A stretch of DNA of 64,000 nucleotides from Amoebidium appalachense (Eukaryota; Protista; Ichthyosporea): assembly GCA_963693365.1 (NCBI GenBank), contig CAVNZM010000016.1, positions 4,305,957 through 4,369,956 of the forward strand, given 5' to 3'. Every line of letters begins with the position of its first letter. Position 1 is the stretch's first letter. This document shows, one piece after another, positions 11,938 through 38,851 of this stretch. The notes beneath the pieces were generated by a model that saw only the letters and a program-made list of their open reading frames with translations, was not told where the DNA came from and made no database searches. Both the position numbers and the translations under genes were made by a program.

Positions 11938-14900
11938 TTTAGCTAACGTCGAAACCGACTGGAAAAAAGGCGTCTAGTTTTTTCCTGAAAAAAGGGCAGC
12001 AAGGAGACAACAAAACTCCCAGAGCGGAACTGAGGAAAAACGCGAAGGTGCAATGCCTTTTGTTTTCCCAGACCGGAGTGCTTGCGATTGGGTAGGGTAA
12101 TTGTAATGTCGTGATACTACATAGGCGTGATATTGGTCCAATAGCAGTATAATGCCGTCGTAATCATGAGCAAGCAGTCTTTGCTTTGAAGCTTCTCAAA
12201 CCAAGAGTTACAATAGAAAGTCACGATTAGCTATTAAAATATAAATAAAGATAGAATCTGTTAGGGAATTATGTCAATTTGCTGTTAGGGGCATTTAATA
12301 GGCCGCATGCGCAATGATTGTTGCTTGTTGTTTCCCGCCCTCAACATGAACAGTGAACAGGTGTACTACTAGTGCACGATCATTGGTCCGGCGGGCTGAG
12401 CCGCGGCGGCCTCGTGTGTACAGACATGTTTTCCTTATGATTAGTTATTATTCTCATGTAAGCATTATACTGATAAATACGAAGTTAATAAGCAACGATC
12501 CTCTAACATATTTTGCGTCTAACAGCTCCCCGGACCACACAGATGTTTTATCATTACGAGGCACTTCCAATAGGAAAACCACGTGGCATGACAACCAATA
12601 GGAACTCGTACTACGTTTTTGACCAATCATCGAAGAGTCCATCGAGTCATCTTTCGCCGGCGCGGCCCGCCTGATTCCTGACTGGGTGGTTCAATGTGAA
12701 ATCCGGCGCGCAGTGAGCCGCCACCTTGCCGGTGCCCATCCTCGTGGCATCATGCAGGTGGCTTTTCTCGACAGTTGTTGATAAAATGGCTATCTGATAG
12801 TGGCCTTTAATATATGATTCGCAAGAGAGAAACATTATATGTATGGTAAATGTTAACTTTATAAACATAAATAAGGCAGAAAATGAACGACAAAGGGCAT
12901 TGCAAGCGTCCAAGCACAAATGGACTCCGAGTCGACTCGAAGTTGTGGCCGAATCGATACACGGTTCTAGATCCTTCAAGACCCGAATCGAAACCCTCGA
13001 CACCGACTCAACCTAAAGTGGAGGCCCTTGCGCATAGTGTATGATAGAGAAAAGAAAGGTTTATTATAAGACGATATACATGTTCTTGGACGTTATTGGC
13101 CACCTAATTCATTAGGGCCCTTAATATTAAATCGTGATCATATGATACACAATGCACACTCACATGATGGCGACTCGAATCGGCCGCATGGTGCACTGGC
13201 CGGTGGCCTATCAAGGACACCGTGCACCAATCAAAAACGGGATGATATTTTGTGTGTCGCATTCCTATTGGCTCAGCAGCCTGAAACATAAACATTGGCT
13301 TCGTACAAAAAGCCAAACAAGTTCTGACTGCTCCCACGCATTTGCGTGTGTGCGTGCAAAACGTACAAACTGGGGGCTGGGAAACAGGTGGCAGGCACAC
13401 GCACGATGTGATAAAAAAAAGGAGGGGTGTACTGCGGGCACGTGATATGCGCGTGGTTTCTGTGAACCCTTATACACTACTGTATCAGGCTTTAATATTA
13501 GTTTCTTGCTTTCTAAGCTCTCGACCCTTTTTTGCAAGGGCTTCGTACTCCCTAAATTGAAAAGGGGTTGGACTCTGGAAATGGTAGTGTTTGGACAAGA
13601 ACTCACGATGGGCATTTTGTGGGCCACTTGGTATTTCTTCTAGTCACGTACTGGTGGTGAAGGGGTTGGTACGGAGAGACCGAGATTTGTCGAGGGTTTC
13701 CTTTTTCTATGCATTTGCTAGATCAGATTAGAATATGAAGTGCTCTTTAGGCAGCCATGTACATGGCGGAAGATTCATTTTTCGTTTTTTCACTCGACAT
13801 AATATATCAAAGGAAACGAAAAACGGTGTTTAGGCTGTGTTTGCTATGGACCAATCAGCACAAAGCCACCTGTGGGATTCTCTGCGAGTCTATCCACGTC
13901 TCTTTCTTAGCCATTACAAGGGCTCTTCTATCAATATCTGGTGCCCTTGGTTATGGTCTGCCAATACTTTTTCAAGTACTTTCCCCTATTCCCCTCGTGC
14001 TCTGAATAAAAGGACCCCAACCAAAAGTAAAGCTTCCTACTTTTGACGGCTACTGTGTCTAGGCAAATTCTGGCAGGCTTACAAGTCAACGGCAGGGAAA
14101 CTGTGGCCCTCCTTCCCTTCTCCCTCCCTCTCTCCCTGTTGCCGTCGCTGCCGGAGTAGTGATATGCGTGTGACTGCCCAGAAAAAGACGAAGTATGCAC
14201 GCACACGCATGTGTGTGTTTCGGGGGGTGGTGGAAGTTGAGGTGTCTTCGTTGTGCAAATGCATATATTCGCGGCATTTTTCGTGCCAGGACAGTGACTA
14301 ACGACCTTTCCCCCCCCTCCTCCCCTTTCCCTCGCCCTCCAAGCCGCCGCTCCGGCACCCCTGTATGCCGCTACTATAATACTGTTTGAATTTTTTTGTT
14401 TGCCCCTAAAGACTTCTTCCCTGGTGGTTATCAAAATGTGATTTTGTTTTTGGCCACCAATTTTCTTCACTCTGGCAAACGGCATGCTATCTGCACCAGC
14501 AGAAGAGGGAAGAGCACCCCCGGGGGGCGGGGGGGGGGGAGGAGGGGGGGGGGGTCAGCCGGGGCCAAACCTCATTTGTATCTAGGAAGTCCGATGCACA
14601 CACAGCAACCTGGGCCTTTTGATGCACGGTTGATCTCATCCCCCCCAGCTCCTCCTCCCTCCCAGCCAGCCTCCTCCACCCTCCCAGCCCGCCCGAGGTG
14701 AATGGGTGGAAACTCGGATACTGTGGATGACGTGGACCCTCCCTGAGGATGGGCTCTGCTTATTATAAATATGCTTTGCACTCCGCATTGTGTTGTCCGT
14801 GGTGAATGTACATCCGTACATCATGAAGCTTTCAACCCCCCCCCCCCCCCCCCTCCCCCCACCCCACCCCACAAAAACGCACACACCTCGTCTTTGCTGT

Positions 14901-15653
14901 CATGTTTGAAATCCTCTCGTCTTTGCTGTCATGTTTGAAATCCTCTAGTGCCATACATCCCCCACGCCGCCCCCCCTCCTCCCTCCCCCGGCCTTCCCCC
15001 GGAGTCCCCCCTTTCTTTATAATAGTGTGCCGCACGTGTGTTAATCCCTGGCCATGGATTCTTCTAGAACAGTTCTCTGTTTCGAAAATTTTGCCCCTTC
15101 TACTTTTATGTGTTCCGTTTGCATATGCCGCCTACTGCGTTATGCGTTGTGATCTTCTGGCGTACTTCATACAGCTGGTACTAACTCAGTGTACCACATT
15201 CAAGTTTTAAAGTCCCCCCCCCCCCCCCCCCCTTATATCCCCTGCCCCTTCCGGAACTCCGGGCCGGCAAGCTATAGTGTGCAATCTACATGCTTCACCC
15301 ACATTTTTTTTTTTTTAAGCTTTTAATCCTCGATGGCCTGGAGATTGGAGAAGCCCCTTAAAACTCCCGTGTTTGCCAATCGTGTGAATTTCAGTGAAAT
15401 TAAAACAGTCGGCCAGAGACATGCATGCACATGTAATATGTGCGAGGCAGATACAGCAGAGAAATAACAACGACCCGACAGGAAAAACGCCTATAATGCC
15501 TCTCGGGTTGTTAACTTAGCCATGCCTCACTGCATGCAGCTGCCTCATTCCCGTTCGATCTCGGAGCTGGTTGGTTGCATTAACAACTTCGGGGGAGGGA
15601 CGGAGGGGGGAGGGGAGGGGGAGGGTGCTGTGGGGTGGGGTTTTGAAAGGGGG

Positions 15654-15688
<35 letters not shown>

Positions 15689-16061
15689 GGAGGGGCTTCA
15701 AGCTGGATGTGGGACGGGGGCAAGGCCTAAACAAATAGCACAATGATTTAGGAGGCCTTGGGCGGGGGGCCTCGGGGGGAGGGGGGGGGGGGGGGGGGGG
15801 GGGGGGGACTTCTGCGGCAGCCGGGGTGTGGGGCTGTTACATGGCAATCGAAGTAAGTGCTTCTGAATTGTACACACATTTCCTCATGATTAAGCAATTG
15901 AGTGACAGAGATCTGTTTTATGCTCCACCAATGTTGATCATAAGTTATTTTACTGTATTCACACGAAAGCAGGCGGACCAGCAATGGATTACAACATGAC
16001 GGTCCGGCCGCAAGGATCTCCAGGGGGGTAGGGGAGGGGGGAGGGAGGGAGGGAGGGGGGA

Positions 16062-16097
<36 letters not shown>

Positions 16098-16769
16098 GGA
16101 AGGGGGGTCTTTATTCAAAATCTTCAAGGTTATTCAAGTACCAAAATGTCAGATTGTGTTACATTTAGAATGATTGATCCAGAGCCCCCCAAAATGTACA
16201 TTCTGAATTTGAAGCATTCAACCAGTCCTGGAAAATAAACAACATGACAAAACAAAGACAAAACAGAAGACAAAAACAAATGATAAGACAACTGCGTATA
16301 TATCTTGATTGGCTTTCGAGGGGAAAAAAACAAAACAAAACTGTTACAAAAAAAAACCAGCAAAAAACGAGAGAGGGCACATGTAGATATATGCTGTACA
16401 TATACATGCCCTCCAACATCAATGTGATCATGATAGTGGCAATTTGGATTTTCTCAAGAAAATAACACACAAAGGACAAGTAAGATATGTAGACATGATC
16501 ATGGCTTTCAGTTACCCTTATAATCTTCAAGAGACAGGAGCAGAGTTGTGTGTCATCATTCGCAATAGTTATAAAACAATATCAAAAAAAGTAGGAATAT
16601 TAATCTAAACACATCATGATGCACTATACACATATGTATGCCCTATCTATACACGTAGGCCATTGTTGCTACGCAAGTCATACCTGCTGGCGTAAAAACT
16701 AACATGCACTAATATATGTCAAAAGGCACCAGTATTACTAGTGATTGATATCATTAATATACTTGAAAA

Positions 16770-16834
<65 letters not shown>

Positions 16835-17052
16835 ACATGTGTATGTGTGTGTGTGCGCGCGTACATGTGTATGTGTGTGTGTGTGTGCGCGTGTGTGTGC
16901 GCGTGCATGCACGCACGCACACACGCGCGTGTGTGTGTTCTGAAGGGTTGATATACTAATAGATATAACAGTACATATAGCAGTAGATATAGCATTGGAT
17001 AAACTAGCAGACATGGCAATAGATATACTAGTAGAATCTAGAAGTACATATA

Positions 17053-30427
<13,375 letters not shown>

Positions 30428-30853
30428 TTTTTTTGGCTTGTTTGTTACTGTTGCCAGGAAAATGCTCGCTTAAAATGCTTTCTGGATTACCAACCGTACC
30501 AATCGTTAACGAATCAGTTTGTAAGAATGCTTGCAAGAACGATTCTGAACGGCTAACTCTCTTCAACCTCTGAAGCCTTCTTGGTGGCTCAGTGATTGCG
30601 CAAACAGTATCTAAAAATAGACCGCCAACCAGTGGCCTTCTCTTTTTTTGAACTATTTTTAGTCCTTGGCAACAGCGGATTTTTCGTAAATTCGTCGGAC
30701 GGAATCTCCGTACAAGTCCACTTTAGTTGTTTGTTGGTCAGTTGTGGTGGATAAAGAGGCTCTTATCCCCCGATTCTTTTGTTTGGTGAAAATAGAATAT
30801 AGGAGTTTTTTTGTTCCAAACGGTAGCCAAGTAGACTCAAAAAACGCACAAAC
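30428..30853. promoter_or_regulatory. Short bidirectional promoter region between TBC1D20-like and DAD1
   Basis: Divergent ATGs are only ~426 bp apart. The interval is free of microsatellites, unlike the surrounding introns. Confidence 0.65.
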
Positions 30854-31069
30854 ATGTCTGGAAAGGGGGCAAAGGCGGGAAGCACGCCGGCGGCAGCTGC
30901 ACCAGCAGCCAAGGGAGGAAACTACCTTGTTTCTGGTTTCCATAAGTATTTGAAGGAGACACCGGGCAAGATTAAGGCCATCGACTCGTTCTTGGCGTTC
31001 TGTATGTTCACGGGCATCTTCCAGTTTGTGGTAAGTACGAAGAATGCGGTTTTAAAGGTTATAGGTTAT

Positions 31070-31106
<37 letters not shown>

Positions 31107-31336
31107 AGAAGGAGTTAGTGTGAGCATACCCTGAAAAATGAGAACATGGTGTGTGAATGCCTGCAGCCACTTTTAAACGATTGTGAGAGATCGAACACAA
31201 CTTAAAACAGACGATGGTCTGCTCGGCACCCAAGGGACTTGCTGGTGGTTGGGCAGTTCACGCATTTGCTTAAAACAATTTGCATACTGATAGACGCGCA
31301 CGCACGCACACACGTGTGCACACATACGCACTTACA

Positions 31337-31406
<70 letters not shown>

Positions 31407-31472
31407 GGTAGACACACGCACACACACACACACACACACACTCACACTCACACACACACACACACACGCCCG

Positions 31473-31519
<47 letters not shown>

Positions 31520-31625
31520 ACGCCTGACACAGCGGCACACATCCGGATAAAGTGTTATCAAAAAACAGTCTTTCCTTACACTCGGCATTCACACCACACA
31601 CACACACACACACACACGCACACAC

Positions 31626-31673
<48 letters not shown>

Positions 31674-32435
31674 CATGTCCTTCTCACAACATTCCACTAG
31701 GACACGTAAGGGAGAGGGGTGGCGAGTAGGGGCAAGGAGGCAAGGGGAGGGGGCTTGGGAGGGGGTGGGGGGGGCAGGGGGGGGGGGGTGAGGTTTTATA
31801 AGCGGTGCGGGTGACGTCTAGCTAGCGCTTGCCCATAACGAGAAAATGCCAGGCCAAGGGTTAGAGTTTCTGCGTGCAAACTGACTGTTTAGTTGCCCTT
31901 TTTTTCCTCTGCTTCGGGGTAAGGTTTTGTGGGGGGGGGGGGGGGGGGGGGGGGGGGGTTGGCGAGGAAGTGGGGAGGAAGGAAGGACACAAAGATTTGG
32001 TGAATGAGTGTGGATGAGAGGAAGAGAGGGCATGCGGAGAAACGACTGAATAGTGGGTATGGAGGTCTTTTGCTTCTGCCTGCTCTAATTATGCACTTTT
32101 GTTGACATCGTTTTCCTTGCTGTTTCTCTTTTTTGGTGGTGGTGTGTTTGAGTGCGTGCGTGTGTAAGGGGGGGGAGGGGGGGGGGGGGATGATGAATGG
32201 AATGGATGTATTGGGTTCAAATGAGAGAGAGGTTCAAAAAAAACAGTCAGAGAAACAGCCAGAAATAGGAATGTGGGGACGAGGTGTATATGGCTTTGTA
32301 GGAGTGTATGTGTACGTGCGGGCCCGCGCACGCGAATGCGTATGCTGTGTGCACACACACACACACACGTGTGCGTGTGTGTGTGCGTGGTGTGTATGTG
32401 TATATGTGTGCGCACGCGCTTGTGTGTGCGTGTGC

Positions 32436-32507
<72 letters not shown>

Positions 32508-33155
32508 CTGTGTGGAGAGAGGACACTGGTTGTGGCATCCATGTGGTCGTCATGAACTGAAAGAGATTAAGATAAGTTGTAGCCTGAAAAAGCGTCTTTG
32601 TGAGAAATAAAGGGAAAAGGGGAGAGCAAAAGTGGAAGAGGCAATGCCGTGGGGAGAGGGGGGGGGGGGGGGGGGGGGAGATGCAAGGAGCGGGGGGGAA
32701 GGGCGGTGTGTGTGTGTGGTGGTGGTGGTGGTGTTGTGGGGTGTGAGGAGGGGGGAGGGAGCAAGGGAGGGAAAGAAGAATTTGATTTAAACACTGACTC
32801 TAAGCCGGTTATAACCCAACCCTGATCCAGCTGATGTGGTTTTAATTCGACACTGATTTGATGTGGTTTTAACCCGACACTGATTTTGTGTGGTTTTAAC
32901 CAAACACTGTTTTAACCCATCTCCAGTACTGCATCGTTGTGGGCCCCTTCCCGTTCAACTCCTTCCTGGCCGGTTTCCTCTCCACCGTAGGCACCTTTGT
33001 TTTGACAGGTGAGCCCCGTTGCATATATCTGGTTTTTTCCCCCAATAATACCCGGATATATAGCTATTTCTATTCTGAAGAGCTGTGTTCAAGTTTTTCG
33101 CCTGTCCGACTGTTTAGATCCTTGTTTATTATTTTTTTTGCTCGGGGGTTTTTTT

Positions 33156-33193
<38 letters not shown>

Positions 33194-33338
33194 TTTTTAT
33201 TGTGGGACTTAAACCTTTGTTTCTGCAATTCTTAATGCCTTCCCACCCCTCCTTGGGCGCTTTCTCCCTCTTTTTCTCCTCGTTACTTGTGCCTTTCGTT
33301 TTTCCACTGTAAACCTTCACGCATGTAGGATGGGTGCA

Positions 33339-33410
<72 letters not shown>

Positions 33411-36097
33411 CCTGCCACTTAGCGGCTGGGGTTCTTTGTGCCCTTGGCAGCTACGGAAGCAGGAGAGAGTGTTTACTCTCCTCCTTGGGAAGCCCCGCCT
33501 ACCTGTGGCGGGGGATTTCTCTCTGCATGGAGAGGACATGTTTATTTTTGTTTTTGAGATAGCTATTGCTGGATGTTTGTTTTAGTTTTGTTTGGTTGTA
33601 ACATCTCTGTTGCTTGCTTAACTGATATTAGCTGAAGTTGTATTTGACATAATCCCTCTGTTCGTTGTCTCTCTGACTTGTGTTTTCCAATTGCACACCG
33701 CAGCCTCCCCCCACATCTTTACTTCCATGCAACCGGGCATGGTTGCTCTGTGTCGTGCATCTGTAAGCACATACGCGTTTTTCGCTGCACTGCATTAGTT
33801 TGCACACACATCTGCACCGTTTTGCTCACCTTGCTTGCATAAGCAACCCTGCTCGTCTTTGATCAAGACGGGTTGACCCACCCAAGTTCAGTTGATGCTG
33901 CTGTCTGAGTTGGAGCGTCGTATATACGTGGGCTAAGGGGTCGAAACTCAGACGCAATTGATGACTTGGGCCCTCCCTGAGGATGGGCTCTGCTTATGAC
34001 GCATACTGTGCGCACGGCTGATGTTGCATACTTGAATGTTTGCCTTTGCATGTGTCCTGCACCATGCTTCTCATCGTGTATGCGTACTTCGTACTGTGTT
34101 CCGCATTCAAACCCCCCCCCCCCCCCCTTTTTTTTTTTTTTTTTTTTTGTGGTTTGGGGGGGGGGGGGGGGGGGGGGAGGGGGGGGAGGAAGGGGGGGAG
34201 GGGGGCTCATACCCCTGCCATCTTGAGTTGTCTTTTGCTTTCCTACCACTTTCTGCCATTCGTCCCCATCCTCCTTTCCCGGTTTTTCTTCCCATGACAC
34301 ACACGCATGCACATGCATGTGCACACACACACACACATCCTGCCACTTAGCGGCTGGGGTTCTTTGTGCCCTTGGCTGCTACGGAAGCAGGAGAGAGTGT
34401 TTACTCTCCTCCTTGGGAAGCCCCGCCTACCAGTGGCGGGGGGTTTCTCTCTGCATGGAGAGGACATGTGTTGTTTTGGTTTTTGATATTGCCATTGCTT
34501 GGTGTTTGTTTGGGTGTTGTTTGGTTGTTCCGTTTCTGTTGTTTGCTTTGCTGCTGACATTAGCAGAAGTTATATTAATCTTTGCACTCTGTTCCTTTTT
34601 TCTCTGACGTGTGTGCTTCGGTTACACAGTGTGGCCCGGCACAAAAATAGGCAAAAAGGAGGGGGGGGGGGGGGGGGGGGGGGGGTCTGACATATGCAAT
34701 CTTGAGATGTCCATTTGTTTTCCTGTGTTATTCTGCCATTCGTCCCCACCCTCCTTTATTCGGGGGGTTTCTCCCCACGACACACACGTATATGTGTGTG
34801 TACGTACGTGCTACACACACACGTACACACACACACACACACATCCTGCCACTTAGCGGCTGGGGTTCTTTGTGCCCTTGGCTGCTACGGAAGCAGGAGA
34901 GAGTAACCCTCTCCTCCTTGGGAAGCCCCACCTACCAGTGGCGGGGGTGTCTCTCTGCATGGAGAGGACAATACTTTTTTGTTTGAAAGGATCAGACGTG
35001 TTGGCCCTCTGTTTGTCTTGTTGGGTGCATGCTGGTGTTCGGTTTTTGCCTATTATCTCTCGATTTGCAACGTTTTTTAGGCTTTTAGGTTCTTGTCGAA
35101 GTTCAAGTTTGCTGTTGCAGTTCTGTGCCTGGCTAAGATTGAGTCTGGTGTTTCGCTTTATACCCTCCCCCCCCCCCCCCCCCCCCGTTATTCTTCACCC
35201 GTCTCTGCTCAAAACGGGTGACCTCCCCGCATGTAAATGAACGTCTGAATTGGGTTTTGCATGCGAGGTGAAGGGGTAGAAACTGGATACCGTGACCCCC
35301 CCCCACCCCTTTCCCCCCAGCCTTCTCTTAGAGAATGGGCTCGAGCCATTTTGCATACTTTTTGTATGCATTCCGTTGTCCATTGTCAATTTGCACTATC
35401 CTTGTTGTGCCATATACCGCATATTACATTTCCTGTCTCCTGCTAATCCCTCAAGACACTCTTCATTCACGCACGCGCGCACACACCCCCACACACACAC
35501 GTGCACACACACACACACATCCTGCCACTTAGCGGCTTGGGTTCTTTGTGCCCTTGGTTGCTACGGAAGCAGGAGAGAGTGTTGACTCTCCTCCTTGGAA
35601 AGCCCCGCCTACAAGTGGCGGGGGGTTTCTCTCTGCATGGAGAGGACATTATTATTCTAGCGTAAAATATGTATGGCCTTCTGCATGCTGGTGTTCGGTT
35701 TTCCTATTATCTGTGGGCCATTTGCATGCAGCTTATGTTAATGTTTATTTAGGTTTTTTTTTAGTTTTGCTTTTGAGCATAAGACCCTTAGCATCACGTA
35801 AGATGGGATGTGCCTGTGTGGTATTGAGTGTTGTTTCTCGCTTTTACCCCCCCCCCCCCCCCCCCGGTGGGTTTAGGGTCCTTTGCTCAAGGTTGTTTTT
35901 TCGATTTGTGTGGTCAAAGCCCAGAATCGGGGACAGTATTTTTTTTTGTTTGTTTGTTTGTTTGGTTTTTGTTTATTCATAACTGTAACCATACTACACG
36001 GATCTGCTGTGTGGGCTCACGTTATAGGGTTGGCTAACCCCCAGGTTCATTTTATTGGCACATACACCCACGCATGCCCGCGAACTCACCATGCATA

Positions 36098-36173
<76 letters not shown>

Positions 36174-36607
36174 GCGCGCGCGCGCGCGTGCACACGCACA
36201 CACACACACACACCCCTACACACACTCGCTCACATACACACTCTCCCTCCCTCTCTCCCTCCCTCCCTCCCTCCCTCCCTTCCTTCTCCCTCTCCCTCCC
36301 TTTCTCCCTCCCTCTCTCCCTCCCTCCCTTCGATTACACCCACACACACACACACGTACACCCCCCCCCCCCCCCACACACACACACACACACACACGTA
36401 CACAAACAAACGCACACGCACTCGCCGTTCTATTATTTTCACACACACACACGTACACATACGCACACGCGTACACACACAGTGGCCCTCCGCATGCAGT
36501 CCACCGAACGGGAAGAGTTTGCCGAGAGCAAGCCAAAACGTGCCTTTGCCGACTATCTTCTCTGCAACGCCATCTTGCACTTGTGGGTTCTCAACTTCAT
36601 GGGTTGA
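30854..36607 (+). CDS. DAD1: Oligosaccharyltransferase subunit DAD1/OST2, 3 exons, 127 aa
   Basis: Exons are 30854-31030 (donor GTAAGT), 32927-33008 (donor GTGAGC) and 36483-36607. Protein motifs: [61 protein letters not shown]. Confidence 0.96.
33409..33541 (+). ncRNA. Putative intronic box H/ACA snoRNA, copy 1
   Basis: Hairpin 1 (TCCTGC/GCAGGA lower stem, TAGCGGC..GG/CC..GCNGCTA upper stem), hinge with H-like AGAGTG, hairpin 2 (CTCTCC/GGAGAG lower stem, GGGAAGCCCCGCC/GGCGGGG..TTTCTC upper stem), then ACA 14 nt after the pocket. 133 nt, on the sense strand of DAD1 intron 2. Confidence 0.75.
33717..34111. repeat. Interspersed repeat family A, copy 3 (inverted), inside DAD1 intron 2
   Basis: Reverse complement of 972-1366 with scattered substitutions. 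Confidence 0.9.
34337..34469 (+). ncRNA. Putative intronic box H/ACA snoRNA, copy 2
   Basis: Same hairpin-hinge-hairpin-ACA fold as 33409-33541, with a fully paired upper stem TAGCGGC/GCTGCTA. Confidence 0.75.
34843..34973 (+). ncRNA. Putative intronic box H/ACA snoRNA, copy 3
   Basis: Same fold. This copy has a canonical H box AGAGTA (ANANNA) and ACA at 34968-34970. Confidence 0.75.
35519..35651 (+). ncRNA. Putative intronic box H/ACA snoRNA, copy 4
   Basis: Same fold. Most substitutions fall in loops or keep pairing (G-U to A-U in hairpin 2, G-C to G-U in hairpin 1). ACA at 35646-35648. Confidence 0.75.
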
Positions 36608-36870
36608 GCAAGATTCGACCCGAAAACAACACGACCCGACCCGATATAGGACATAATGGAAGCTCGACCCGCTATACATGTGATTCAAAACATACGACGA
36701 TAAAATAATAAAAGAAAGTGCATTGGTTGAACAAGGTGTTTTGTGCAAGAACATCCATGCGATCCAAAGGTGAATAATTGCCTTCTGAAGAACCTTGGGA
36801 GACCACCGTCGTCTTCTCGTGATTTACATAATGAAAATATGGTGCAAGCTTTTGCCCGAAACACATTAAA

Positions 36871-36933
<63 letters not shown>

Positions 36934-37194
36934 ACGGGAAGTTCCCCGCACTCGCCCACCCAGTGGCACCCACCCCACCTCACCTCCCAGCACACGTGTG
37001 CGCGCTGTGGGGTGCGTGCGCGCGCACGCACCCCACACACACACACACACAAGGTTCTGAAGGTCTAAAGTCGAAGTCGGCATGTCTGGCTCACAATATG
37101 ACGTCTGTATGACGTCGAGGTGAATGCAGTGTGTTGACGTCGCAGCTGCCATCCCACAGTGTGATATGTCGTCCCCGAGACTCTGAGGGGATCA

Positions 37195-37870
37195 CAGGGC
37201 AGGAAATTACACAGTTTTCGGAAGTATATTTACCGTTAATTTTCAGAAAGTACCAGTAAAGCCTGGGACTTGGTTCACCTGAGTTGGGGGTTTGGGAAGT
37301 AAATAAAAAAGAAGAGTGCCCCCCTTACCCCCCCCCCCCCCCCTCCCCCCGCCCACCCGGATTTTTCCTGGGTAAACACTGGAACTTGCAATCACGCAAA
37401 AGGTTATCTCAATACCTCATTATATCTCATGACCAGTCCATATCCTGACAAGGCATATGAAAAATGCAGGTTGTGTTATCCACTCAATAACAAATTTTGT
37501 CTGCTTTCTGGGCTAGTTGTATTTTGTGTTGCATTCAATGTACAAATTTTCAGAGATATCAGTATAGTTCAACAGTTGGCGAAAGGAGCAGCCAACATAG
37601 TAAATTACCAGGCACACATAATTGTTGGGAAGTCGGACAGAATAATTTGCCTTATAGTAATGTAAACGCAAGATTATGATATTGCCAATGAAACCGTGCG
37701 GGGGTCCGGGGGCCCGGCGGGGGGCCAAAGGCCCCCCGGCGACGGATAGGTATACACATATCGGATATATATACGGAAGTAAAAAGGAAGTAAATATCTC
37801 CGGACAAAAATAGGCGGCGATCCGCCAGGTGCCAAAATACAGTAATCCTAAAATGTAATTTCTAGCCCTG
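37195..37870. mobile_element. Non-autonomous hAT-like MITE (676 bp)
   Basis: TIRs CAGGGCAGGAAATTAC / GTAATTTCTAGCCCTG (14/16 match). 8-bp TSD GGGGATCA (37187-37194) / GAGGATCA (37871-37878). Confidence 0.85.
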
Positions 37871-38086
37871 GAGGATCATGCCCAGCTATCAAACAATATA
37901 TATGTACTAAGGCTGTCTGAACACGATATTCGTGGCGCCCTCTGAATCACGCATCCGATTGGCCCTTTAGAGCAGATCCTGATTGGATCGTTTCCCAGGC
38001 ACCAAATGAGATCAGCGGCTATTGGCCGACAGGACATCCCCCCCCCCCCCCCCCCCCGTGTGAAAGCTTCGTCCGGAAGTTGCCCA

Positions 38087-38175
38087 GTGCTTTGTGCATA
38101 TATATTGCCCAATAGTATGAGTGCCTTGTGCATATTGCCTAATAGTATGAGTGCTGGGTGCATATTGCACAATGC
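38087..38175. repeat. ~30-bp tandem repeat, three copies
   Basis: AGTGCYTTGTGCATATTGCCYAATAGTATG-like units. Confidence 0.8.
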
Positions 38176-38547
38176 TAGCCTATCTGCACTTGGTAACTTG
38201 GTTTTTGGGGTCTAAATTGATGAGTGCAGTCGTCTCTCCTCTGTTTTTAACCTACCTACAGTTACCAGATAGACTCTTGATGGAAATTGAAACTCAGAAA
38301 CTGAATAAAAAACACAACTTAACCGTTTGCGTCTGTTCAGTTTTAGTTCCGAGGCTCCATGAGCCGACGGTCACAGTTACTTGAAACATGTATGAGATTG
38401 AGAGGAGGGAAGGGGAGGGGGGGGGGGTGGAGGGTGGGGGGATGGTGTATGATTGAGGGCGGGGGGAGGGGGGTGGGAGGAGGGGGGGGGGGGGGGGGGG
38501 ACGAGATGACTAGTATGTTGGAGGAGAAAAAAGGACAAGGGGACACG

Positions 38548-38790
38548 GTGGATGAAAGAAGGCCAAAGAGAATAGTCGAGTGAGCTACTGAGCAGAAAAT
38601 TGTGGGGTGACATGTGGGTGTGGATGGGTCACCGTGGTTGTGTATGTTTGGTTGAGGGGGTGAGGGTGGGGTTGGTTGGGTTTGGATATGGGTGTGTGTG
38701 TACAAAGCTTTAGGGCGTGCATGTGCGTGTCGGGTGTGTGGATGAGTGGGTTTGTAACCGGTGGGCAGTGTGTGTGTGTGTACGGGTGGA

Positions 38791-38851
<61 letters not shown>

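Noticed and set aside
12990-13701. 13-bp inverted match GAAACCCTCGACA / TGTCGAGGGTTTC
   Set aside because: No TSD and no extension; may be chance.
33900-34000. Hammerhead-like words CGAAAC and CTGAGGA in repeat family A
   Set aside because: Stems I-III could not be built around them in any permutation; an Infernal search would settle it.
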